Source: a virus (taxonomy: Duplodnaviria; Heunggongvirae; Uroviricota; Caudoviricetes). Taken from it: a DNA stretch of 12,723 nucleotides. The notes under the pieces are model-generated. The model searched no databases. It was not told where the DNA came from and saw nothing but the letters and a program-made list of their open reading frames with translations. Positions 1 to 7,590 of this stretch are shown here, piece by piece. Numbering within the stretch: position 1 is the first letter of the stretch; the number at the start of each line of letters is the position of its first letter. The stretch is taken from IMG/VR virus record IMGVR_UViG_2654587685_000022; one strand, given 5' to 3'. Made by a program: the position numbers and the translations under genes.

Positions 1-20
1 CACTGTTTATCTATACAGTT
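1..20 (+). promoter_or_regulatory. Candidate LexA (SOS) box, distal copy
   Basis: caCTGTttatctatACAGtt has the CTGT-N8-ACAG dyad with an AT-rich spacer, matching the E. coli LexA-box pattern TACTGT(AT)4ACAGTA. It lies about 45 bp upstream of the dinI-like start codon and is truncated by the window edge, so flanking context is unknown. Confidence 0.55.
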
Positions 21-28
21 AAAAATAA

Positions 29-48
29 TACTGTATACAAACACAGTA
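29..48 (+). promoter_or_regulatory. LexA (SOS) box, proximal copy
   Basis: taCTGTatacaaacACAGta is a near-consensus 20-bp LexA operator (CTGT-N8-ACAG with flanking TA..TA). It ends 14 bp before the ATG at 62 and a GAGGG Shine-Dalgarno at 51-55. Confidence 0.75.
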
Positions 49-61
49 TAGAGGGACTTTT

Positions 62-310
62 ATGCGTATTGAAATCTGCATAGCCAAAGAAAAAATGACT
101 AAAATGCCAACCGGTGCTGTGGATGCGTTAAAGGAAGAATTAACCCGACGCATCAGTAAACGTTATGACGATGTAGAGGTGATCGTAAAAGCCACCAGCA
201 ACGATGGCCTTTCTGTTACACGCACCGCAGATAAGGATTCTGCAAAAACTTTTGTTCAGGAGACTCTGAAAGATACCTGGGAATCTGCTGACGAGTGGTT
301 TGTTCACTAA
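62..310 (+). CDS. dinI: DinI-like DNA damage-inducible protein (prophage-borne homolog)
   Basis: 82-aa [12 protein letters not shown]...[11 protein letters not shown]. Length, N-terminal MRIE motif and C-terminal ETWESADxWFV motif match my recollection of E. coli DinI (about 81 aa). SD GAGGG sits 6 nt upstream and two LexA boxes lie directly upstream. It is on the opposite strand to the tail module. Confidence 0.85.
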   Translation: MRIEICIAKEKMTKMPTGAVDALKEELTRRISKRYDDVEVIVKATSNDGLSVTRTADKDSAKTFVQETLKDTWESADEWFVH

Positions 311-544
311 TTAACACGTAAAATCGGTAACGGCTGGAAATCATTCAATACTCGCACTATCGAAAGTTCGCCAGCCAGCCGTGGCACGTTCTTGCATACG
401 ACGTGCTACGGTTTCATTTATCTCCCGAAACTCCATTTGGATTTATCCGGTGCGCCGTAAAACCCCGTCCTTCAGGGCGTGGAGGATGTCAACTGGACGC
501 ACTGGAGCTGGTCGATACTTCCGGTGCGCCAGATATTGAATGGC

Positions 545-1150
545 CTACGCCTCCGGCAGTTCAGGCCAGATGACATCCGGCGCGGTGCTGGTATCTGTTG
601 CCTGCACCGCCTTAATGTAGCCAATCCAGGCAATCAGGCTGGCTTTGTCATCGCCACTGATAATGCCTAACTGCAGTTCCGTTTGCCACAGGCTGATTTT
701 TGAATTTGCGGCGTTCAGAAGATTTGTTTTCTGTTGCTCGGCTTCGGCCACGTTCGCCGAGTGCTGTTTATCGCTATCTGTAGCCCATTTCTCACCATCC
801 CATTTGTCATATGGCGTAGATGGTGCTGTGGTGGTGGTGCCTTCCGGGTATTCTCCCAACCGTGAAACTGTCACATGCTTTCCAGTTTCCGTGCTGTAAA
901 CGGTTTCGCCGCGATGGTCTGCAACGTATTCCCAACCGGTCAAATCAGCCGTCCGGCAAACAGCAAAGCCGTCCTTTTTGCTGATTGGCGCATCCACGCA
1001 CGAATTGCCTGGAACACCAACGCCAACGGGAAGATATTCAACAGCTAAACCGATATATTCACGCGTCACGCCATCATAATTATAAACGGTGATATATCCG
1101 TCTTCCGTGACGAAACCGTTTTCATCTAATGAAATTTCTTTTGCGGTCAT
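545..1150 (-). CDS. Tail fiber assembly protein (Tfa chaperone family)
   Basis: 201-aa ORF immediately downstream of the tail fiber gene with a 1-nt TAATG stop/start overlap. This position and size are typical of Tfa/gpU-like chaperones. Family assignment is by position and general composition, not by search. Confidence 0.7.
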   Translation of the reverse strand: MTAKEISLDENGFVTEDGYITVYNYDGVTREYIGLAVEYLPVGVGVPGNSCVDAPISKKDGFAVCRTADLTGWEYVADHRGETVYSTETGKHVTVSRLGEYPEGTTTTAPSTPYDKWDGEKWATDSDKQHSANVAEAEQQKTNLLNAANSKISLWQTELQLGIISGDDKASLIAWIGYIKAVQATDTSTAPDVIWPELPEA

Positions 1151-1905
1151 TATACTGCCCTTACAATGTAGTTGAATGCGAGGTTGCGCGGGCGAGTTTC
1201 AGCACCTGTTGAACCATTCGCCTTTACGTAAACCCAACCAGAGCCATTAAAAGTGGTTGCATTAATCATATATTTAATCGGAATCATGTCAGAGTCAGGG
1301 GTATCGCCCAGCCTGTCCCTGTAAGCGGTCTCTGAACTGTATGCCATCGCTAGATCATGAGTATGCTGCTGTACTGATTGGCTCTGACCAGTTAAAACAA
1401 CGCGCCCACTATCAACCCCGCGCCCATCATCCCAGCCACGGATAAATTCACCGCGCAAATCAGGCAATTTTAACGCTGGATAAACTTTTGCCAGCTCCGG
1501 GTATTCTTCAGCAGAAAAAGGCGCACCGTTGCATTTAATCCAGCCTGTTGGCGGTGTGGCTGAAGGCCACGGAACAGGTACACCAACGGGTAACGCTGAG
1601 CCTTCTCCCAAACCAAGGTTTTCGAGAGCCGTTTTCACCGTGCCATCCGATTTGATATCACCAAACGGATTCTTGCGGCTTAACAGCAGCGCACGAAGCG
1701 CGGTAAGCAGCTGGTCGTGCCGCCCCTTCTCCAGGCTGGCACCGGATGCCTCCACAACGCTGCAAAGCTCCTCCTGCAACATGTCAAAGTAGTCATCATC
1801 CAGATCGGTGGCAGGTGTGCCGGTCTGGGGGTTACCACGGGTAAAACCGTTCTTACCCGCGCCGAACTTATCCTTCTGCGCGGTTTTCGTGTCTATACGA
1901 TGCAT
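1150..1905 (-). CDS. Short tail fiber protein (constant N-terminal part plus tail-collar-like C-terminal domain)
   Basis: 251-aa ORF with GGAG SD 7 nt upstream of the ATG. The C-terminal half (PVGVPVPWP...[23 protein letters not shown]...[17 protein letters not shown]) resembles the phage tail collar domain found in e14 StfP-type short fibers. The N-terminal roughly 97 aa end exactly at an internal hix-like site. Confidence 0.7.
   Translation of the reverse strand: MHRIDTKTAQKDKFGAGKNGFTRGNPQTGTPATDLDDDYFDMLQEELCSVVEASGASLEKGRHDQLLTALRALLLSRKNPFGDIKSDGTVKTALENLGLGEGSALPVGVPVPWPSATPPTGWIKCNGAPFSAEEYPELAKVYPALKLPDLRGEFIRGWDDGRGVDSGRVVLTGQSQSVQQHTHDLAMAYSSETAYRDRLGDTPDSDMIPIKYMINATTFNGSGWVYVKANGSTGAETRPRNLAFNYIVRAV
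1603..1628. other. Candidate Hin/Gin/Cin/Pin-family DNA invertase crossover site inside the tail fiber gene
   Basis: TTCTCCCAAACC-AA-GGTTTTCGAGAG is a 26-bp imperfect palindrome about an AA core. Each half matches 9/12 to hixL (TTCTTGAAAACC AA GGTTTTTGATAA) as I recall it. It encodes [10 protein letters not shown] at residues about 92-101 of the fiber, which is where Sc/Sv junction sites sit in Mu and e14 fibers. Confidence 0.5.
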
Positions 1906-1908
1906 GGA

Positions 1909-2493
1909 TTACTCCGGATATTTAAAAATTACGTAGGTATGCGAAGGGCAGAGTTTGTTAAGCACGCACTCGACAACGGTGTCGCCCCAGATACGCAGTG
2001 CGGAATCACAGGGATCGCCACATGTCATCCAGGTGGTGTTGGTGGCGGCTGGCATGTTGACCTGCCAGTAATACCGCCATTCCGGCGCATTCACTGCGTC
2101 AGTACAGGCCGATGAGCAGGTGAACGTGCTTTTATCGTATCGCGTGATAGTGGCGTCTGGTCTGCCCAGGGCAGCAAGCTGTGCAAGATAAAAATCCTCA
2201 TTGATGCCGCCCGCCAGATTAACCTTCGCATCCAGCCGTTGCTGACGCTGGCGAAGGGTCTGTGTCCCTGCGGGAATACATTCATCCGGCAGACCGCACA
2301 GACGCTCCCAGCGGTTTATCAGTTCAGTGGTGGTGCGCGGATCCAGCTCCCGCATCAGGGCATCCGCACGCTGATGAACGCGGGTTAATGACGGTGCCGC
2401 ACCGGCAATCGCCGGATCGCTGACTGACCACGCCGGACCGGGCGGCAACAGTGCCGACAACAGACGGATATAATCATCGTTTGTCACGTCCAT
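1909..2493 (-). CDS. Baseplate wedge/tail protein, Mu gp48-like (YmfQ-like, 194 aa)
   Basis: 194-aa ORF between the baseplate J-like gene and the tail fiber, overlapping the J-like gene by 10 nt. Position and size correspond to Mu gp48 and e14 YmfQ. Confidence 0.6.
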   Translation of the reverse strand: MDVTNDDYIRLLSALLPPGPAWSVSDPAIAGAAPSLTRVHQRADALMRELDPRTTTELINRWERLCGLPDECIPAGTQTLRQRQQRLDAKVNLAGGINEDFYLAQLAALGRPDATITRYDKSTFTCSSACTDAVNAPEWRYYWQVNMPAATNTTWMTCGDPCDSALRIWGDTVVECVLNKLCPSHTYVIFKYPE

Positions 2494-3542
2494 GAAATCG
2501 TCCCCAGAACCGCCAGCTCATTTTTTGCAATGGAGATATTGTCCGCCGGGGCAAGCAACTGATGGCTGTATTCCCCGTTCGCACCGGAAATCGCTTCACT
2601 GATACGTGACACCTTCAGTTCTCCCTGCGGATAACCATCACGCAGCAGGAACGAACGCAACTCGGCGGTGATGGCAGCCCGTATTTCCGGTGTGTCCGGC
2701 GTCACGCGGATATGAAAATCCACTTTATGCGCCACCGGCCTGAATACATACAAATCAGAGCCTGCCACCGGGGCCAGTGGCTCGATATGTTGTCTTGCCG
2801 CCGTTTCCGTTGACTCTTCCGGAATGGGATTAATCAGGTCACTGCTGGCAATCATCACACCGACAGTCCCCGTTCCCATCCAGTGTCGGTATGTCCATGC
2901 GCGGGTAATGCCGGGCACTTCTTTAGCCCAGACGACATAGTCCCCGTCAGCCCCGCCCTGAGGCGTCCAGTAATACCGCTCAATGACGCGGGCGCGCCAC
3001 GTTTCCAGCTCTTCAGTATCAAATCCGCCTGTCAGGGTGTCAGCCACACCGGAAGACGGCAGACCATTCACCGGCGTGACCAGGATTAATGCCGTACCGT
3101 CGTCAGCGTTACCGACCGCGCCTGTAGTTGAGCAAGTGATCGGCACACGCAGGACACCACCAGTGCTGATTGCATCGGCAGTTGCCGTGTACTGAACCAG
3201 GTCATCGCGCTGAATAACACTCCCGGCGGTCACCTTCAGGCCATCGCTGACACCTTCCCAGCGCATATACCCGCTGGCAGCCGTGGCCCCCTTGCGCGGA
3301 CACCGTTTCATCGCAGCATGTCGCGCCAGCCAGGACTCATCGCACAGATCAGGCAGCATGTTCATTGCCAGATAATCGATGTAACCGTAAACCGTATGCA
3401 GCGCCGCCGCATACACCTTTGCCCGCACGTCTTCATCCATGCGCCGGAGCGTGTCGCTGACGTCCAGCCTGGCGAATAAATCGTTACGGAGCATACTGAT
3501 ATTTTCTGCCAGCGTCGGGCGCTGAAATTCACTGTCCGCCAT
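2484..3542 (-). CDS. Baseplate J-like protein (Mu gp47 / P2 gpJ family)
   Basis: 352-aa ORF in the conserved position between the gp46-like and gp48-like genes with overlapping start/stop. Size and position are as expected for baseplate J. Confidence 0.7.
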   Translation of the reverse strand: MADSEFQRPTLAENISMLRNDLFARLDVSDTLRRMDEDVRAKVYAAALHTVYGYIDYLAMNMLPDLCDESWLARHAAMKRCPRKGATAASGYMRWEGVSDGLKVTAGSVIQRDDLVQYTATADAISTGGVLRVPITCSTTGAVGNADDGTALILVTPVNGLPSSGVADTLTGGFDTEELETWRARVIERYYWTPQGGADGDYVVWAKEVPGITRAWTYRHWMGTGTVGVMIASSDLINPIPEESTETAARQHIEPLAPVAGSDLYVFRPVAHKVDFHIRVTPDTPEIRAAITAELRSFLLRDGYPQGELKVSRISEAISGANGEYSHQLLAPADNISIAKNELAVLGTISWT

Positions 3543-3957
3543 GCGTTATCGCACTCCACAGATCATCAAAAGAAATCATTACCGGTCCGTCACGACGCCA
3601 GAGAGTGATACTGTTACCCAGTTCATTAATCCCGGTGCGGCGGATATCCAGATCAATACGGGACACCACGCCATCATCAATCATCCATTGCAGGCATTCG
3701 CGGATATACCCCCTTACCGTCTGCACCAGCTGATTGGTCAGTTTGCTGCGCTGAAGCAGCCACAGTCGGGAGCCGTAACGGTCATTCTGTACCGCAGGCC
3801 AGGTATCCCCCCACCATCCCATCGGGACGTCGGCGTTGTCATCAGGCTCCGCCCGCCGCCAGGTAAACAGGGAAATCACCACGGCGCGGGTCAGCGGATC
3901 CAGCGGTGCGCTGGCGCAGGTGCGTTTACCGTTCACCGTCAGCCACAGTTCCATCAT
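3529..3957 (-). CDS. Baseplate protein, Mu gp46-like (GP46 / gp25-like family)
   Basis: 142-aa ORF following the spike gene with a 4-nt overlap. Size and position match Mu gp46. Confidence 0.6.
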   Translation of the reverse strand: MMELWLTVNGKRTCASAPLDPLTRAVVISLFTWRRAEPDDNADVPMGWWGDTWPAVQNDRYGSRLWLLQRSKLTNQLVQTVRGYIRECLQWMIDDGVVSRIDLDIRRTGINELGNSITLWRRDGPVMISFDDLWSAITHGGQ

Positions 3958-4502
3958 GCCTCCATCGCTTTATCAGGTTTGTCGGTGTTACTGCCCTGAC
4001 CGTTCTCTCTGTGACGATGCCCGTTATAGGCAAGCCGCATCGCTGACATGGTGGTACCGCTGGAGTCGCACAGGTCTTTCACCTGTCCTGTCACTTCCAG
4101 GTCCATTTCAAAACGTGCTTTAGGTGAATTGCGAAACGTGATCGTTTTACCTGCACCGTCCACCACGATCCCCTCCCGGGTCAGCGTCACGGACTGCCCC
4201 TGATCGTCATAGACAGCCACCTCACCCGTCTGCAGCCCTTTCAGGCGGTAACGCCGATCCGACACCGTAACAACCACCGCATGAGAACGGTCGCCATCCG
4301 GAAACAACACCACCGCTTCCGCACCGCTGTTTGCCCTTGCGGTAAAACCGTAAGGTTCAAGATGTTCAACCCCGGCTTTGGGTTCACCGGCAATCAGGGA
4401 CACATCCACGGTCTGACATTTCGTTGCGGCACTGATGCTTTTCACCACGGCCCGCCCAATCAGGCCGAGAAGTTGTCGCTGTATGGTTTCAATCGCCCTC
4501 AT
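3954..4502 (-). CDS. Baseplate assembly protein V / central spike (Mu gp45-like)
   Basis: 182-aa ORF with a 1-nt stop/start overlap with the upstream hub gene. Size and position are as expected for the gpV-like spike. Confidence 0.65.
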   Translation of the reverse strand: MRAIETIQRQLLGLIGRAVVKSISAATKCQTVDVSLIAGEPKAGVEHLEPYGFTARANSGAEAVVLFPDGDRSHAVVVTVSDRRYRLKGLQTGEVAVYDDQGQSVTLTREGIVVDGAGKTITFRNSPKARFEMDLEVTGQVKDLCDSSGTTMSAMRLAYNGHRHRENGQGSNTDKPDKAMEA

Positions 4503-5581
4503 CAGAACGGGTCCTCCTGTACTCTGGCTTTTTTCTTTTTCCGCGCGCCGGGATCTTCGGGTTCAGGCAGATAAGCATCAGGCGGGCCGACACGGATTTC
4601 CGTCAGGGTGCCGTTCTGGTCCTGAGTAAACGTGACTTCCGAAACAAGCAGTTCGGTATTGTCGAAACCACAGACCGGATCAAAGACAATCACCCGCTGG
4701 TTGGGCTGCCACAGCGTACCGTTACCCTGTCGCCAGCCCTGCACCACATAGGTGGTTTCATCCGTCCGCGCCGCCCGTTGTCGGGCTTCAAAGTCAGCAC
4801 GCGCAATACAGCCTGCCCCCGTGGCCTGCCCTGTCTGCCTGATATACATCGGACGGTAACGGGCAATAAATGCGTCCTCTGTGCGGGCCCGCAGCGCGGT
4901 GGTGGTGGCCTCACCGAAATCATCGTCGTTTCCGGCACGCTGCCCCGCCACCTGGTAAACTGAAAACCGCTCCCGGATACTCTTCTCCGTATCACAGGAA
5001 AGGATGTTTTCCCCAAGTACCAGCGCGGTATGTGCCCGCGTTGAGCCAATACCGCCAATCACCAGCCTGCCGTGCGGGTCGTCGTAAGCCAGTGCCTGCT
5101 GCTGACCGAGTATTTTGTTGATTACCTCAATCACCGTTTCACCGTGATCAGGCTGGACGTCAGGAATAACACCCGACGGCGCACCGTTGTTCACCACCTC
5201 AATGCCGAAGGGCGCAGCAAGCGCCTGCGCAATCTGTACCAGCGATCGTCCGTTAAACTGTGTCGGTTCGGCTGCACAGTCAATCAGATCAGCGGTTAGA
5301 CTGCGTCCGGCAATACCAGTGCTGACCGAACGGGCATCGTAACGAACGGGCGTCGCCTCCACCCAGCCGGTGATCACCAGCTCATCACCAATCAGCACTT
5401 CCACTTTTGAACCGTTTTTAATGCGCGGCTGAAGCGTGGTGATACCCTCATCTCCCGGCCACTGGCGGGTGATCTCCACACTGAAATCCCGCGCCAGTCG
5501 TTCAACACCGGCACCGATGCGCACCGATGTCCAGCCATTCCACTCCCGGCCATTTACCCGTAGCGTGACGTTATCGTTCAT
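4502..5581 (-). CDS. Baseplate hub / tail protein (Mu gp44 P, P2 gpD family)
   Basis: 359-aa ORF directly downstream of the DNA circulation gene with a 4-nt overlap, ending in a Lys-rich tail (GARKKKKARVQEDPF). Order matches Mu N-P-Q. Confidence 0.65.
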   Translation of the reverse strand: MNDNVTLRVNGREWNGWTSVRIGAGVERLARDFSVEITRQWPGDEGITTLQPRIKNGSKVEVLIGDELVITGWVEATPVRYDARSVSTGIAGRSLTADLIDCAAEPTQFNGRSLVQIAQALAAPFGIEVVNNGAPSGVIPDVQPDHGETVIEVINKILGQQQALAYDDPHGRLVIGGIGSTRAHTALVLGENILSCDTEKSIRERFSVYQVAGQRAGNDDDFGEATTTALRARTEDAFIARYRPMYIRQTGQATGAGCIARADFEARQRAARTDETTYVVQGWRQGNGTLWQPNQRVIVFDPVCGFDNTELLVSEVTFTQDQNGTLTEIRVGPPDAYLPEPEDPGARKKKKARVQEDPF

Positions 5582-6906
5582 TGCACTGGCACCTTCAGAG
5601 GGATCACCGGCACAAAGCCGGGATGCGTAATGGCATTACGCCGGATAATGTCCGCGTCACGCGCCGCGTTATCAAACCAGGTCGCCGCCAGCACCAGCGC
5701 GGGTAAAACCTCATCCGGTGTGCGCTGAATGATCCGTGCAGACTGTTCAAGGCGCGTGTTGATATCCGCATTCAGATCTGCTTTCACCCGGCGCAGCGCC
5801 AGAAACAGCGCATCACTGGTTGTACGGGACAACTCCTTATCAATTGCCGTATTCAGTGTGTCGCGAATGTCAGTCAGTTCTTCCCACGTCGGCAGGTCAA
5901 CTGTGTTTTTCACCGCCGGTGCATTGTTCAGTGCCGGATGCGTGACGGAAGGCCAGCCAGTGCTCTGCGCAGGTGTTGTTGCCTGCCCCACTGCGGAATT
6001 CTGCATCACCGCGGAAGTTGTTGGCGCAGGCAATCGGGTGACGGCATACGCCGCTTCGCTGATTGCGGTCGTACGAAGGGTGCTGGCAACCACGTTACGC
6101 TGCTGCGTCGCCGTGGCGGTGGTTTTACTGTCCGTTTTCCAGACGCCGCGCGGTTGCAGATCGCTGCCGAGGCTGACACCGGAAAGCGTTTTGATCATGG
6201 TGACCAGGTCGCTGGCGTTACCATAAAGGCGTTTCCCGGTACGCCACATTTTCTGCACCTGCTCAACGAAATTTTTGCCTGACGATGGCGGCGGCAGAAG
6301 TACCGAGATATCCCCCTGCAACAGCCTGGCGTCATCCGATACGGCAGAATCCACCACTTTCATCGCATCAGAAACATACCCCAGCATTATGCTGGCATTA
6401 CCGATAACGTCGTTCTGCACAAAATCCGCCACACCATCGATACTGAAACCGCTGAAGCTGTCACTGATGCAGTCATCCAGTGCAGAACAGGATGACATCA
6501 GCGTCTGCGCCGTCGCCGCACCTGATGTGGGGTAAGAGAGTTCTCCTGCTTCGACAAACTTCAGGTCAAAGCGGACAATACGCCCTTCACTTTTCGATGT
6601 GCTGACCCGAACTTCCCCGTCAACACAGACTTTCAGCTCACCATATGTCGGGTGGACAAGCGTGCCGGGACCGGGTTTATTCAGCGCTTCAATCAGGCGA
6701 TCGCGCTGGTCAAAGCAGTCATCTCCCACCACATAAGCTGTGATGGACGGGCGGAAAGTGACTTTTCCCAGATCTTCGGTATAGGGCTTGTCGCGGTTCG
6801 GATATTCGTGTGTTTCCACACGGCGACCGGTTCCCGCACTTTCTTCTTCAACCTTAAACGGTACGCCGCGAAATGACGCATCCTGAAGCCTGTCTTTCCA
6901 CGTCAT
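5578..6906 (-). CDS. DNA circulation protein (Mu gp43 N-like)
   Basis: 442-aa ORF whose N-terminus MTWKDRLQDASFRGVPFKVEEESAGTGRRVETHEYPNRDKPYTEDLGK matches my memory of the conserved N-terminal domain of Mu N-type DNA circulation proteins. SD GGAG sits 5 nt upstream of the ATG. Confidence 0.75.
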   Translation of the reverse strand: MTWKDRLQDASFRGVPFKVEEESAGTGRRVETHEYPNRDKPYTEDLGKVTFRPSITAYVVGDDCFDQRDRLIEALNKPGPGTLVHPTYGELKVCVDGEVRVSTSKSEGRIVRFDLKFVEAGELSYPTSGAATAQTLMSSCSALDDCISDSFSGFSIDGVADFVQNDVIGNASIMLGYVSDAMKVVDSAVSDDARLLQGDISVLLPPPSSGKNFVEQVQKMWRTGKRLYGNASDLVTMIKTLSGVSLGSDLQPRGVWKTDSKTTATATQQRNVVASTLRTTAISEAAYAVTRLPAPTTSAVMQNSAVGQATTPAQSTGWPSVTHPALNNAPAVKNTVDLPTWEELTDIRDTLNTAIDKELSRTTSDALFLALRRVKADLNADINTRLEQSARIIQRTPDEVLPALVLAATWFDNAARDADIIRRNAITHPGFVPVIPLKVPVQ

Positions 6907-6921
6907 ATAAACTCCGGATAC

Positions 6922-6977
6922 AAAAAACCCGCCAAATCTGCTTTGTCAGTTATTTACATCGCAGAAGATGTGGCGGG
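6922..6977 (-). terminator. Candidate intrinsic terminator downstream of the AT-rich cargo ORF
   Basis: On the minus strand a two-tier hairpin (outer stem CCCGCCA/TGGCGGG at 6928-6934 and 6971-6977, inner stem TCTGC/GCAGA) is followed by a run of six U (plus-strand A6 at 6922-6927). It ends about 16 nt before the DNA circulation ATG. The loop is long, so strength is uncertain. Confidence 0.45.
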
Positions 6978-6996
6978 AACCTAATATTTTTAATTA

Positions 6997-7491
6997 CTAT
7001 CTGAGTTGAACATCAATGGAATAAATATTACCACTCTTTATAAATTTAGAATCTGTCCTTTCATCAAAAGATTCAAATGACTGTACCTTTAAAAACTTTT
7101 TCATTTTATTTTCAAAAATACTTTCATTAACACCAGTTAAATACTTGAACGCTCTACCAGCAAGGACCTCATTACTTAAATCCATTGTGTTTTTATTGTC
7201 TTTGAAAAACCAAACAATAACCTTTTGTGGGCATGATGGATTATAAACAGATATATAAAACTGCGGCTCATATTTTTCATCAGCGTCATCACTAAGCATT
7301 TCTTCAGAAGATAATTCTCTTCTGAATTCATATTGCCGCTTAGTTATTCCTTCATCCTTTATTATCTCTTGCTTAACTGGTGCAATACCTATAGAAGAGA
7401 TTAATTCTGACTCATTAAAGCTGAACTTACACTCTTCCGCAGCCAAGTTAAAAGATAAAAGTGCAGATATAAAAAAAACAAAGATACGCAT
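6997..7491 (-). CDS. Hypothetical secreted/periplasmic protein of unknown function (AT-rich moron cargo)
   Basis: ORF track gives 6997..7509 (170 aa). The third in-frame ATG (7491-7489) has a GAAGGG SD 6 nt upstream and begins MRIFVFFISALLSFNLAA-EECKF, a typical Sec signal peptide. The mature part is about 146 aa, Lys/Glu/Ser-rich with two Cys, and I recognise no family. Sampled stretches are roughly 23-37% G+C versus about 55% in flanking genes. Confidence 0.6.
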   Translation of the reverse strand: MRIFVFFISALLSFNLAAEECKFSFNESELISSIGIAPVKQEIIKDEGITKRQYEFRRELSSEEMLSDDADEKYEPQFYISVYNPSCPQKVIVWFFKDNKNTMDLSNEVLAGRAFKYLTGVNESIFENKMKKFLKVQSFESFDERTDSKFIKSGNIYSIDVQLR

Positions 7492-7522
7492 AATCATCCC
7501 TTCAATCATTTGTAAGGAATGA

Positions 7523-7528
7523 TTATAT
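7523..7528 (-). promoter_or_regulatory. Candidate sigma70 -10 element (TATAAT) for the cargo ORF
   Basis: A perfect TATAAT on the minus strand lies 13 nt upstream of the first in-frame ATG (7509) and 31 nt upstream of the SD-preceded ATG (7491), in the 81-bp gap after the tape measure stop. No good -35 hexamer was found (GGTTTT/GTTTTC at roughly 16-17 bp spacing), so the call is weak. Confidence 0.3.
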
Positions 7529-7590
7529 TAACTACTTAAAGCTGAAAACCCAAATTATGCCAGACAAAAACACATTAATCATTTTGTACA

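Noticed and set aside
479-670. 63-aa plus-strand ORF (GTG start) spanning the tfa 3' end
   Set aside because: It has an alternative start codon and no SD, overlaps the well-supported tfa gene on the opposite strand, and its composition is typical of an antisense frame.
1105-1135. Possible second hix site near the tfa start (cgAAACCgTTTTCatc)
   Set aside because: The half-sites are not separated by the 2-bp core and the flanks lack the 12-bp half-site symmetry. It looks like a chance AAACC/GTTTT juxtaposition within coding sequence.
1150-1905. Diversity-generating retroelement targeting the tail fiber C-terminus
   Set aside because: No reverse transcriptase ORF and no template/variable repeat pair (near-identical repeats of about 100 bp or more differing at adenines) are visible in the window.
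1529-2115. Plus-strand ORFs 1529..1792 and 1717..2115 antisense to the tail fiber and gp48-like genes
   Set aside because: They are entirely embedded antisense to coupled structural genes, with Arg/His/Cys-rich low-complexity translations characteristic of GC-rich non-coding frames.
2883-4629. Plus-strand ORFs 2883..3089, 2983..3195, 3541..3999, 3836..4123, 4281..4574 and 4435..4629
   Set aside because: All are antisense to the baseplate genes and lack SD sequences. The contiguous, overlapping minus-strand operon explains the region fully.
4690-5058. 122-aa minus-strand ORF nested out of frame inside the baseplate hub gene, plus same-strand nested ORFs 2091..2285, 3362..3559, 6693..6881, 7731..7913, 10669..10860 and 10963..11163
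   Set aside because: These are alternative-frame ORFs wholly inside longer, better-supported genes. They have Arg-rich compositions and no independent translation signals.
4778-6876. Plus-strand ORFs antisense to the baseplate hub and DNA circulation genes (4778..4963, 4870..5121, 5072..5299, 5436..5630, 5729..6226, 5938..6282, 6275..6535, 6652..6876)
   Set aside because: They are antisense to genes with a recognisable conserved N-terminal domain and operon coupling, and nothing suggests coding.
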